Source: Camelus dromedarius (lineage: Eukaryota). From it: 64,000 nucleotides of DNA. Made by a program: the position numbers and the translations under genes. The notes below the pieces were generated by a model. The model did no database searches. It was not told the DNA's origin and was given only the letters and a program-made list of their open reading frames with translations. The first letter of the stretch is position 1. Each line of letters starts with the position of its first letter. Shown here piece by piece: positions 13,104 through 25,330 of the stretch. The stretch covers positions 48,734,001-48,798,000 of the forward strand of contig NC_087447.1 of the NCBI RefSeq assembly GCF_036321535.1, in the 5' to 3' direction.

Positions 13104-14242
13104 TCATGAAAGAAAGATCACTAGGAATTATGCTATCAGGGAAAGCTTCCAAAAAGAGATAGAACCAGAGAAAGCCTGGAAGGATAACACGATGCTTTTT
13201 CAACCTCTAGGCCAGACCTCTTCTCTGAGCACTAGACTCCTACTTTTAGCTACCTACTTGACATCTCTGCTTGGATAACAGGTTGGGGCTGGAACTCTTG
13301 ACTTCCTTCCCTGGCTCCCCTCAGTCTTCTATCTCTTGGTAAATGGAACCATCATCCATCCACTTCCCTGTTTGCTTTCTTCATGGAACTCAACCCAGTC
13401 TTTATCTGTGTTCTCATTTGTAGGTCTGCCTTTCCCATTACACTGTAAGCACTCCAAGAACACAGACCAAAATACCCAGGATGTAACTCAATGTCTGTCT
13501 AGTAGGTGGGGGAGAAGAGTTGGGACGTAGGATAAGCATGGATAATGTCTGCCAACAGTCTTAGAAGCCTGGGTTACCAAGGAAAATACAGCATGAATCA
13601 CAAAGGAAGTTTAATGATCATATCAAGTTATTTTATTCCATTACTCATCAGGAGCCCATGTGTTTCCGTGATCTTGTCTCCTCTTGGCCTATCAGTTTAA
13701 CCTACAGAACGTTTGTCTTCCCGTTCTGAGCTTAATCATTCTCTTGCCTCCGTAGGCAGCACAGAGCTATGAAAAGAGCACTAGAAGTGGGGGAGCAAGG
13801 TGTGGTGTCAGGAGACTGAAGACCTCAGAGGCCTCTTCTCTCCACCTCACCTGCACACATGCTGTGTCCTGGGAAGGTGGAACAGTGGTCGAGAACACAG
13901 CTTCTGGTGTCCAACAGAGCTGGGTTTGAATCCTAGCCCTACCACTTATCAGCCATGAGAGTTCAACCTCTCTGAGTCTTTGTTTCCTTATCTGTAGAAT
14001 GGGGATTAAAAATAATTACATCTTATGGTTGTGTGGGCTACAGTAAAATATTTAAAGTGCTTCACCTGGTTCCTGACACATAGCAAGTGTTCCATAAAGA
14101 ATAACTATTAATGATGGCATGTGTGCTCATGATTGTATAAATATGGACTTTTGAATCTTATGGTTTAAACAATAAGGGCTATAGGAATACAGAAGAATGT
14201 GGAATCAGGGAGGAGTGGGGTTTGCAGGGGAAGTGGGTGCAT

Positions 14243-14640
14243 CAATTAGGAATCTTAGTTGCAAAAGACAAAAAACCTAGCTCAAACTGACTTAGGTAGA
14301 AAAGGGAATTTATCGGCTCATGTAATTATAAAATCCAGAGGTACCTAGCTTCAGGTATGGCTGGGTCCAGAATCTTCAGGAAGCTGCCTCTTTGCATCTT
14401 TGGATTCTGCTTTTCTCACTGTTGCTCCATGCTCAGGCAGGGCCCCGCTTTGTGGTAACAAGATGGCTGCCTGCAGTTCCACTGTATTTTGTCAATAAAA
14501 CCAGTAGAATGAGCTTCTCTTCCCCACAATCCTCCTGACAGGAGTCCTGGGTCAAACTCTTATTGTCCTTAAATAGGCCCAGTGTCAATCCCTGCACCAA
14601 TCACAGAAGCTGGTAGGGGCAACCTCACTATTCAAACCAC
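14243..14640. mobile_element. MaLR (MLT1-type) LTR remnant
   Basis: GTTGCAAAAGACAAAAAACCTAGCTCAAACTGACTTAGG...AAAGGGAATTTAT...AAGATGGCTGCC...ACCAATCACAG motifs characteristic of old MLT1 LTRs. Confidence 0.6.
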
Positions 14641-14661
14641 TACACTTGTGTGGGAGAAATT

Positions 14662-14945
14662 ATATTCCAGTTATAAAATAAGTAAGTCATGGGAATATAA
14701 TGTACAGCATGGTGACCACAGTTAATAATACTATATTACTTATTTGAAACTTGCTAAAAGAATAAATCTTAAAAATTCTCATTACAAGAAAAAAAATTTT
14801 TGTAACCATGTAAGGTGACAGATGTTAACTAGACTTATTGTGGCCATCATTCCTCAATGTAAATAAATATCAAATCATTATGTTATATCCCTGAATCTAA
14901 TCTAATGTTACATGTCAATTATACCTCAATCAAAACAAACATATA
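14662..14945 (+). mobile_element. L1 (L1MA-like) 3' end
   Basis: TAATGTACAGCATGGTGACCACAGTTAATAATACT...ATGTCAATTATACCTCAAT followed by an A-rich tail. Confidence 0.8.
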
Positions 14946-17900
14946 AAGACACCCACATAAAGTTGGTGGGGAGTGGAGTTTGAGTCCCTGAGGAAAATCT
15001 GGTTGCTACTATCAGAAGCTGTACTGACTGAAACAACACATGTCCTCTACAGTGGGCCTTAGGAAGCAGATATGATTTGAGTGGACAGAGAGGAGGGAGG
15101 AAGGCACCCCAGAGACTCACAGCTGAGCAGAAGTGAGAAGAGGGGAGTCAGTGTGTTGTGAGAGGGAGCAGGCACCTCTGTGGAGTCCTAGAGAGTAGAC
15201 CTGGGACCAGGTGGGCTTGGGGATGGGGGAATCACAGGATCCAGATCTCTGCTCACTGGGAGCATGGGACAGGCTGCCTCTGGAGATAATGGGCTCCGTA
15301 TCACTGGAGGTGAGCAAGCAGAGCTTCCTCATCAGAGTGGCTCTCAGAAAAGCCTTCTACATGGGCCCTGAGATTCCTTGCATCCCCCAAATCTGAAATC
15401 CTATAGTCCAGAAATCAGCTCCCTTCATCCTGATCCCCACCCTTCTCTCTCCTCCAAACTCCTCTCGAAGGGAAGTGCTACATCATTCTCCCTAATGTGT
15501 TTATGGGGTGTCTGAAGACATTTTGGATTCTGATCCTGGCTCCTCCAGCAAATGTGGGAACTTGGGGTACCACTTGTCCTCTCTGGGACTTTCTCCCTCA
15601 GCACAGGAAGGGGTGAGGCTATCTGATCTCTGGAGCCCCTGTCAGCCCTAACCTTCTTGAATATTCTGTCAAAGACTCAGCCTGGCCTCCTGAGGAGGGA
15701 CAGGACACACCACAGTTCTCAGGCCAACCAGGTGTGTTGGCTCTTCAGGGTCTCAAGGGCGCCTTCACAGTAGCTGTCTCGCTTGGTCCTTTCACTTTCC
15801 TGTGAGGAGGGCAGAGTGGGCGCCATAGGGATGCTGTTTAATGCACAGCCTTTGGAGTCCAGACTTGAGTTGAAACGAACTATGTGAACTTCATTTGACT
15901 AGTTTCCTTTTCTCAAAACACAGTCAGCAACACCACCTTGTGGGTTTGTTATTTGCTATAATGATTAAGTAATGTGTGTAAAGGGATTAAAACAGCCCTG
16001 GGCCCACATGGGTTGGGCTGGAGAGGGTAAATGCAGTAAAATTGAGCTGAGCTGAATAACAACTCCTCGCAGGTGCCCAGCATCTCTTGGGGCATAGCAC
16101 ACCCCCAGTCCAGCCTCTGACTGCAGATTAGGGCCATGCTTCAGGCAGGAAACAGATGGCACCCTGAACCTAGGTAATTTGAAGAGAGCATGAACGATGG
16201 TTTAGGAAACCAACAAGGAATGGTGTGGTATGTCTGGTTAGCAGCGGTGAGGAGGGAGAGCACCACTAGGCTGGGAGGGCAAGGGGAGGATGTGATTATT
16301 GGAATCCAGAGAGAGCACCCAGGCTGGAGCTGTGATCTAATGTAGAGACTGCGACCAACCCATGCTGACCGAGCTGGGAGAGAGCACAGGAAATCAGTCC
16401 CCTCCTTTCCCTCCACACCCTCCCCTCCCACCCTATGTCTTCTACCACTGCCTTTTTGCCTCAACCCAAATGGATGCTTGAGAGCAGGGAGGTCCATGGT
16501 GAGTGGAGAGGGGTGGTGAGCATACAGAGGGGCAAGTGGGAGGATTAAGTGGAGCCAGTGGCAACTGTCAGATGGGTGGGGCCCTCCCCGGGTGGGGCCC
16601 TCCCCCTTCCTCTGCAGCCTGCTCTGGGCTAGGGGTGGTGGGGAGGAGTAGGAGAACTAAGGAACGTGGGAGGTCTCTGTGAGCCCAGGCTGTTCACTCT
16701 AGAAAGCGGGAGGAGGACAATCTGCAGTTCCTCAAATACGCATCTGCTCTTTCTTACCTCCAGACCTTTGCCTGTACCATTTTACCTGTCTGGAACACCC
16801 TTCCTCCTGGGGCCAGCTAAATCACCCTTAGAGGCGACCTCCTTCTGGCTCTATCTTGCCTGAAGTCTATCTACAGCCAGGGGTTTTAGTTACAAGATTG
16901 AAGATAACTGTCTTTTCATTTGAGCTACTTTGAGCTAGAGTTTCTCTTACTTCCAACCTAGAATTCCAATTTAATGTCCCTTGAATCATTTCTGCCCTTC
17001 TTCCCTTTTAAAGTTTGTCACTCCTGTGTTCCCACAGCTTCTCTGCAAACTTCTCTCACAATACTTGTAGTAAGTTACTGTGAACATTTTTTTACTGGTG
17101 TGTCTCCTCCACAAAGCTGTGGGCTCCTTGAAGACAAGGACCAAGTCTGATCCATCTTTGTGTCCCCACGGCCCAGCACAGGCTGACACACCTCACAGTG
17201 ACCAGACTACACCAGGAATGCTATCTTTAATTCCAAGAAACACAGTTTAAGGGCATGTTAGCCAATTGGAGCTTGTTGAGGAGCCTATTGAGATGAGGGC
17301 AGTGGGGCTGAGTCTGGAAGCCATGTTCTATGAAGAACAGAAGAAGAATCAGGAAAGTTTAACTTGAAGAAGGTAGAATTCCTGGGACAGAATTCATTTG
17401 CCAATTCAACAGGCTGTTTCTGGGCATCTCGAGGTGAGGCCCTGGGCTGGGCCTGAGGGGGCCACAGATGATGCAGCTACAGTCCCTACCTGGAGAGCTC
17501 ACAGTCTGGACAGGGTCAGACATGGGAACAAGTAACTACATCATAGTGGCCACTGCCACCCGAGGGTGATGCAGGATGTGGCCGGGTGTGGCCAGGGAAG
17601 GCCTCTTGGAAGAGGATATACAGGAGGGCAGAATTATGACACTGTTGGAGCAGGTTTCAGCTTAGGATGAGGAATATCTTTCTAACAATCAGAATTATGA
17701 AGAATGCTCCGTATCTGGAGGTGTGTGAGCAGGGCTGAGATGACCACTTCACAGTCTGGATCGTGATGTCTGTCGACAAAAGGACCAATGTGGAGGCTAC
17801 AGGGAATTCCTCATAATAGCACAGTCATTAAACCATTGCTTCCTTTTACATACTAGATTCTGGGATACAAACACAAACAGATAAACAAAACAAAGAAACA

Positions 17901-20900
17901 GTCTCTGGCTTTGAAAATCTCATAATTCAGGTAAATTGAAAAAAGTGTAACATTATGGCCTTATACCAGTGTCTCTTGAATTTGAATAATGAGTGGACCC
18001 CTTTGAAGAAAAAAAATCATTGAGGTACTCAGTGCTGATAATCTAAACATGTTCAGATTTAAACTCAATATGAACTCTAATGCAACTGTAAAGGCAAATC
18101 TTCTATATTGTGTTTATTCAATACAAATTTTACTGAACATGAACAAAACTAAAAAACTAATAAAATAGTAATAATGATACTAATGCTATCGGTTGTGTTG
18201 AGTTCTTTTGGACTCAGCTGACAGTTCTACAGACGTATTCCAGCTGGTCAGTGAAGAAGGAATGATAGAATTGGAGTATCACATCTTGCAAACTCCTAAT
18301 GAAATAACGGATCTAGCACATGATCATCACAAAAAAAACAGGGATAAAATCAGATATTACCCCTGCCTCTTGTTATAAGAACACACCACTACCTACAAAG
18401 CAGACTTGCTAAAAAAAAAATCACACCTGAATCAGACCAGATGTCAGGATCTGCTTTTCAATTTTCAGGAAATACAAGAGAAAACGATTAAAAAAAAAAA
18501 AAAGATAGAGGGGGGAATCTGTTGGTGAAAAGAAACTTAAGAAACATTTATGAGACGTGTGAACCAAATTCAATGTGTAGACCTTGTTTGAATCCAGCTT
18601 TGAACAAACCAACTAAAGGAAGGAAGGAAGGGAGAAAGGGAAGGAGAGGGGGAAGGAGCGGGAGAAGAAGGGAAGAAGAAAGGTGAGAAATCTGAATACT
18701 AACAATATTTGTTGATATGGAAGCAGTATTTTTTATGTGTGATAATATGTTGTGGTTATGTTTTTTAATTAATTATTACTTATTATTACTGGGAATGCAT
18801 ACTGAAATATTTGCATATGAAATAATGTGGTATCTGTGATTTGCTTCATAACAATCCAGGGAGGAGGCAGGAAGTAGGTCCTGCTTTAGATAAACTAAGA
18901 TTGGCCATGAGTTGATGATTGTCTTAGCTGCACATGGGTACGAGGGGTTCACTGTTGTATGCTTAAAAGATTTTAAAAGACTGTATGCTTTAAAAATGAA
19001 AAAAAGACTAAGATGCTGAAACATTTAAAAATCAGGCATCACCTTCATATGTTGCTGATGGAAATGTAAATTGGTATAAGTTTTACAGAAGGCAATATGA
19101 CAATATCTATTAAATTGAAAATGCACATATCCTTTGACTCAGAAAATCACTTCTAGAGATGCAAACACCACAGTATGATAATATGTACAGTAAATTAACA
19201 ATTTAGTGAAAAAAATCAGATTTTGAATTGCAAATATCTGATTTCTGTGTGGGTTTTCAGAGTCTTTTTTCATAAAGTGAGGTGCACCTGGTCACCTTGC
19301 TGCCAGAGCAGGTTCTGTTTGGTTTCCTGCCAGCCTCGCTAAGGAACAAGATGCTGGACCAGTCACTGCTGTTGGTCACGTCCTCACACTCAGCACTCAT
19401 TCAGCAGACCCTGGACAGTTTGTTTATTTATGAGGAAAAGACTCTGCATAAACAAGAAGAGCCTTTATGGGGGCGGGAAAACCAGGGTGTTAACTATCCT
19501 CCTTCGTCCGCTCAGCTTCCTTCCTTGAGGAAGGGCCCCAGTGGGAAACCGGAGGAGGGCTCTGTCCAGGCAGGAAGGAGAGTCAGAAACCCGCAGCAGT
19601 GACCTGACCTTTTCCACAGGCCCAGCCTCAGCCCAACTCTGGCCTTCTGTCCTGCATCCTTCTCAGCGCTGCTGACCCACCTGTTCTCGGAGGCATGTCT
19701 CCTTCAGGAAGCCTAGCCTGCTCGCACTTCAGAAGCAGCTATGGAAGAGTGAAAAGAGCCCAGATTAGGAGCCAGGGACTGACTCTGCCCCAAACTAGGT
19801 ACATGACTTCATATATGTCGCTTAGCCTCCCAAGACATTTTTCATCCATAAAATAAGCCTACCTATCTTGCTGTGCTGCCAGAAGAGTGAATGAGATTGT
19901 CATGTTGCTTCATCCTGGGTTCCACACTACATCTCTGCCTACTGCTTCTCAGTCTCCTTGGCCTGCTCCTCCTCGGCCTGTGCCTCAGTCCTCTGCCTCC
20001 TCTTCTCTCTTTGGGCTCCCAGAACTAAACTGTCACTCATCCCGTCCATGCTCCAGATCCATGCACCCAACTGGCCCTCTCTGCTTGCATCTCCCACAAG
20101 TGTCTCAAACTTGATTTATCTAAAACCAAACTCATTATTATCCTCTCCAAACTTGGTCATCATCCAGTGTTCTTTATCCCAGCAATACCTGTAACATACA
20201 CCCAGTTGCTCAAGCCAGAAATCTGGGGATTTCCCTTGACTCTACTCCAACTCTACTCTATCCATTCGTGGATTGCAGTAGCAGTAGCCATCGTCTACCA
20301 CATGGCCTGGGAAACAGAGAAGGCTGGACTGGAGTAAGATAAAATGAAGCAAACACACCTAGAAGCATGGCAGAGAACAGGATAGAAAAGACCATCTGGG
20401 TTCCTAAAGGGCTACAGGCTCTGGTTCTGCTCTGGAGCCCAGCTGCAGCCCCACCCTTGGATTTTATGAGACCCCTCAGTACCTTTTCCAATAACGCCCC
20501 CTCCCCCACTGTTTTTTGTTTTTCTTTTTCTGCTTAAGTTAGTTTGAATTGGGTTTCTATACTTGCAAATACAAGAGTCCTAATTAATATATACATATTT
20601 GATCAGTCAGAATAGGCTAGTTATGCTGTAGTAATGAACAACCCCCACATTGTGGTATCTTAACTCCACTACAAGTCCATCAGCAGCAGGGAGCTCTGCT
20701 CATCACAGTCCCTCAGGAAGCAACTGCCATCTTGAATATTGTTGGCTGCTGTTCCTCAGAGCTGACTTCTCATTCAAAGTTTCCACCCTAACTGCCTGTG
20801 GTAACCACTCTCCAAGATGGCGCTAATGATCCTCACCTCCTGTCACTCTTGTGTAGTCTCTTTCATACTAACTAGGGCTAACATATTAAGAGACTGCAGA

Positions 20901-21954
20901 AATGACCATATGACTTACAATGCTGGGTCATAAAAGACATTGTGGCTTCTACTTTGTCTCTTTCTGGCATCACTTGTTCTAGGGGAAGCCAGTTTCCAGG
21001 TCAAGAGAACATTCAAGCAGCCCTACAGAGTGGCCCACAGGGTGAGGAACTAAGTCCTCCTGATAACAACCAGTACCGACCGAGCATGTAAGTGAATCAT
21101 CTTGGAAGCTGACCTTCCAAGCCTTAGTTAAACCTTCAGATAAGAGCTACCCCAGCTGACATGCTTTTAAAAATTGAATTAAAGATTCTTTAAATTCTAT
21201 AGTGCTTTACAATTTTCAAAAGTTTCATATACATGATTTCATATAATCCAATGATAATCCTTTTTTCTCCCTCCTACCCCTATATTGTCCTTCTCCCTTC
21301 CCTCTCCCCACTGGGAAGCACTAGTTTGTTCTCTATATCTGTGAGTCTGCTTTTGTTTTATTCACTAGTTTGCTGTCCAAAAGTCTGTTACCAGTTTATA
21401 TTCTCAACTTCATGTATAAAACAGTCTCTGTTTCTCCATAACCTTGATAGCATCAGGTATATTGTTTTGTAATTTTCCTAGCTTTAATGGCAAAAATTTG
21501 TATCATCTTAATTTTACTTTCTAAGAGTAAAGTTGAACATTTTTCATAAGGAACTAACTCTTAAAAACAGAAGAAGAAAATCTTCTAACTTCTTTATGAC
21601 TCATGAAACCCCCTCTGATCTTCCAAGAAGTGGTGAAACCCAGAATGGGGACCAAAACATGGCACGATATGGGTTTCCCACGTAGAGTTGCCTCAGTTAA
21701 ATAATTAAGCTAGTGACTTCATAAAGCATGGGTTCCTTTATAAGTCATCATATGTTCTCACTTCAATTAAAGTCCCTTGTTGCTCCTCTTTAATCTAAAC
21801 TTTTTCTTCCCTTCTCCTCTCAGCCAGAAGTCATTGGCTCTGCATCACTGCCTTTGAGAGCTGTCATTCAGTCTGAGCTGCTTTCTTTCAGTGACCAGCT
21901 TCCAGTGCAACAGGAAAATGGTCAGACTCCACTTGGCCCCCCTCAGGGTATGTA

Positions 21955-22610
21955 CATATACATTCAGGTAGTCAAGTATTTATGGAGCATGTGTTACTGG
22001 CTGGCCCTGAAAATACAGCAGTGAATAAGAAAATCAGGGTCTTACAGCTTATATTAAAATAGGGCAACAAAAGTGCTGGGAAGGAACTAAATGGTATGAT
22101 GTGATAGTGAGTACCTGGGAGGAAGAAGGAGATGGGAAGGTCTCGCTAAGGAGGTGAGATTTGAAGAATGAGAGGAAGAGGCCACCAAGTAAAAAACACA
22201 GGGAAGATCATTTTAGAGAAGAATAGCACATGCAAAGGCCCTAAAGTGAGAATGGGCTTGGCTTTGTCAAGGGACAGAATGTTGCCCAGGACAGTGAGCT
22301 AAAAGGGAGAGTGGTAGAAGCTAAGACTGACAGGCAGGCAGGAGCCATATCGTTCAGAGCATTGTAGGTCAGAGTAAAGGGTTTATCTTTTATCCTCAGA
22401 GCCAAGAAAGGACATTGAACATGGGAGTGTTTTAAAAGATTTTAAAAGATTACTGTGTGGATAATAGATTTTAGGGTACAAGAGGGAAATTAGGGAGTTC
22501 GTTGCATACATCCAGAAAAGAGATGACTGATAATTTAGACTAGAGTAGTGGCAGTGAACAGGGAGAGAAGTGACTGAGTTTGTGCTTGGTGGAATGAATT
22601 CTGATGTGTA
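21955..22610 (-). mobile_element. L2 3' fragment
   Basis: AAGTATTTATGGAGCATG...ACAGCAGTGAATAAGA...AATAGCACATGCAAAGGCCCT...TTTATCCTCAGAG, a typical reverse-strand L2 signature. Confidence 0.7.
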
Positions 22611-22698
22611 ATGCATTGGAGAGAGGATTCTTTCCTTTTATTCAGAAGTATCAACTTCTTAGATAGAAGAATTTTTTTTTTTAGAGCTTGCTCTAATC

Positions 22699-23185
22699 AT
22701 TTTTAAAAACTGAAGTATAGTTGGTGTATAATATTATATATTCCAAGTATACAATATAGTGATTCACAATTTTTAAAGGTTATACTAATTTATAGTTATT
22801 ATAAAATATTGGCTATATTCTCAGTGCTGTATAATATATCCTTGTTGCTTACTTTATACATAATAGTTTGTACTTCTTAAACTGCTACCTCTATATTGCC
22901 TCCCCCCTTCCCTCTCCCCACTGGTAAATAATGATTTGTTCTGTGAATCTTTTTTTTGTTGTTGTTATATTCACTAGTTTGTTGTATTTTTTTAGATTCC
23001 ACATATAAGTGATATCATACAGTATTTATCTTTCTCTGACTTATTTCACCTAGCATAATGCCCTCCAAGTCCATCCATGTTGCTGCAAATGGCAAAATTT
23101 CATTCTTTTTATGGTTGAGTAGTATTCCATTGTATACATATACCACATCTTTATCCATTCATCTGCTGATGGACACTTAGGTTGT
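22699..23185 (-). mobile_element. 5'-truncated L1 3' end
   Basis: TTTTTAAAAACTGAAGTATAGTTGG...CCATCCATGTTGCTGCAAATGGC...CTGCTGATGGACACTTAGGTTG. The minus frame gives QPKCPSADEWIKMWYMYTMEYYS (ORF2 C-terminus). Confidence 0.85.
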
Positions 23186-23519
23186 CCAGCTGACATCTTG
23201 ACTGCACCTTGTGAGAGACCTTGACCCAGAATCACCTAGCTAAGCTTATCCCAAACTCCTGACCCACAGTGTATGAGATAATAAATGTTTATTCTTTTAA
23301 GTCATTAAATTTGGGGGTGATTTGTTACACAGCAATAGATAATACACAATCTCATAAACTTAAGAGATTTCATATATGAAAACTTACTTCTATCTCTGGC
23401 ATTTGTACAGTGTGAGAAATTATTCTTCTCTTTCCCCCGGCCTCTGGCTGAGCTCAGGTTACCTAACTAAAAATAAATATCAGATTTGAGGAATCAAACC
23501 CAGGAAGACAGAATTCCAT

Positions 23520-23556
23520 TTTATTCTTTAAAGAAGCCTTTCCCTTTCCCTTTATT
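23520..23556 (-). terminator. Candidate LIPT2 polyadenylation signals
   Basis: Two TTTATT on the plus strand (AATAAA on minus) at 23551-23556 and 23520-23525, about 450-480 nt after the stop codon. Confidence 0.5.
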
Positions 23557-24004
23557 GCAGAAAGCACCACTTCACATCACCTTCACCTGATAATCCAGAG
23601 ATATGATGCCTACAAAAATCAAAGGAACTGGAGCCCACACTTACTCAATTATTACCTCCTCAACAGTATTGAGGAGGTAATAAATATTTGAGAAATGACA
23701 CCCTACAATATCTGAGTTTTTCTAAGCTGAGAAAATGGTGTCATTAGCACTAGTGCTAATGCTTTATATTTATATAGCATGTGTTACTTTTCATAATGTT
23801 TTCACATCTATATCTGGCATAGGCGGGGAAGATATAAATAAACCAGGATACATATGAAACAGTGGCTCAGAGCTCATGATTTGCCCATAGTCTCATGGTG
23901 AGTGAATGACAGGGCCAGGTCCAGAACCTAGATTTCAGTGACTCCAAGTCAGGTGTAGTGCTTTCCAAGGCAGGACCTCCAGGCTTTGATAACATAAGCA
24001 CTCT

Positions 24005-24234
24005 TCAGTTGAGGCTGTTCTCTGTGATCAATGTGCACTTGTAGGTCTCCTTAAAGGCCTCAAGGAAAGGTGGTACTACTTCATCCACAGTGACATGCCT
24101 CTGGAGCTCCTTACTCAGGGAAGTGACGCCTGTCCCAACTAGCCCACAGGGCACAATGTGCTCAAACCACGTGAGGTCGGTAGAACAGTTCAGCGCCAGG
24201 CCGTGGGACGTGATGTGCCTTCCACAACGGACTC
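24005..24234 (-). CDS. LIPT2: LIPT2 coding exon 2
   Basis: Acceptor TTTGCCTTGCAG|GA keeps the frame: [40 protein letters not shown]...ENSLN*, with HGLALN and the catalytic PCG motif. TGA at 24007-24005. Spliced CDS is 448+230=678 nt, i.e. 225 aa plus stop. GT-AG intron of 519 nt (24235-24753). Confidence 0.97.
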
Positions 24235-24629
24235 CTGCAAGGCAAACCAATGGGTTTTAGGATCGTTATTTTCCCTCACCAGTCTCCATGATCCCTCTGT
24301 GATGAGGAAAATGGACTAGATCACTGATTTTCCAAATTTGTTTCTAGAACACCCAGGAGTTGTGCACGGATCAGGGGAGGGGGACAAAATGAGAGGAGGG
24401 GTGTATGGCTCCACAGTAGCAGCACTTAGTATGAAAATTACAGAATATGTCCTTTAACAGAGATTCTGTTGCTTTAAATTTTTTAAAAAATTTTTTTCAC
24501 CCTTACTGTCCTGACATTGTGAAGTAACCTGGCAATTCACTTCTAGTATCTCTCCATTCGTAAAAATGAGTGTTGAAAGAGATGACCTCTGAGGGCTCTG
24601 AATCAGTAAGAGGTTTAAAAACTTTTAAA

Positions 24630-25330
24630 GGCGACGGGTAGTTCTGATTCAAAGCCCGCGCCAGATACATCGCCTCCCAGCCGGAGAGCTGCCCTCACGT
24701 CCATTGGTCGGGCCTCGGAAAGCCCCGCCCCCTCCCCGCGCCGAGTCGCTCACCGATCGCGCAGATCTTGCGCTCACCCAGCCAGACGCCGGTGTAAGGT
24801 GGAGGCCGCGCGCGGGCGCCGGGTAAGCCCTGGAGCTCGCACAGGCGTACGGCGCACGCCTCCAGCGCCGCCACGTGGGTGCGCAGGCGCAGGCCAAGAG
24901 GTCGCAGGTCGAGGACCGGGTGGCAGAGCAGCTGGCCCGGGCCGTGGAAGGTGGCTAGGCCGCCGCGGCCAGTGGCGCGCACCTCGGCGCCCAAGGCCCG
25001 AAGCCGCGCCGTCTCCTCGGACGTCAGGCCGCCGCGCAGCCCTGCCGTATACACGGGCCCCGCAGGTTCGCAGAGCAGGAGCGCGCCCGCCTCGGTCCCT
25101 GGCCCGGCCTGTAGCCGCTGCAGCCAGCGCTCCTGCAGCGTTAGCAGCTCACCGTACGCCACCAGCCTCAACCTCACCAGCCGTACGGCGGGTTGCGGCA
25201 TCGCGCCGGCTGCGAAGTCTGCGAGGCCCCACCCCTGCCTGGGCTTGGGGGCGTGCCGAGAGGGGCGGGGACTCAGGGGCTTGTCCGGAGCCGCCGCCCC
25301 TAAGTGCCTGTTACAGATTGTTGAGAGACT
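24630..25330. promoter_or_regulatory. CpG island over the LIPT2 promoter and exon 1
   Basis: Very dense CpG/GC in a CpG-poor background. GC box GGGGCGGGG at 25262-25270 upstream of the ATG. A further GC box (24722-24731) and ATTGG/CCAAT (24703-24707) lie in intron 1. Confidence 0.9.
24754..25201 (-). CDS. LIPT2: Lipoyl(octanoyl) transferase 2, mitochondrial (LipB family), coding exon 1
   Basis: ATG at 25201-25199 gives [11 protein letters not shown]...[18 protein letters not shown]...[23 protein letters not shown]...[15 protein letters not shown]. It contains the LipB motif RGGxxTxHGPGQ and the catalytic Lys in RKICAIG. The exon ends at donor G|GTGAGC (phase 1, intron starts 24753). Confidence 0.97.

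Larger units (their letters stand above)
20797..23348 (+). mobile_element. MaLR (MLT1E/F-like) LTR split by a 2-kb insertion; LTR parts 20797-21162 and 23186-23348
   Basis: Begins TGTGGTAACCACTCTCCAAGATGGC, resumes after the duplicated CCAGCTGACAT, and ends ATAATAAATGTTTATTCTTTTAAGTCATTAAATTTGGGGTGATTTGTTACACAGCAATAGATAATACACA. Confidence 0.8.

Noticed and set aside
23655..23680. Iron-responsive-element-like loop CAGTA in the hairpin
   Set aside because: The loop is not CAGUGN, there is no bulged C five pairs below it, and it reads on the strand antisense to LIPT2.
24695..24753. ORF-track C-terminus [18 protein letters not shown] of the 220-aa ORF
   Set aside because: Read-through into intron 1. 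The real frame splices at 24754 to 24234 and restores the LipB motifs.
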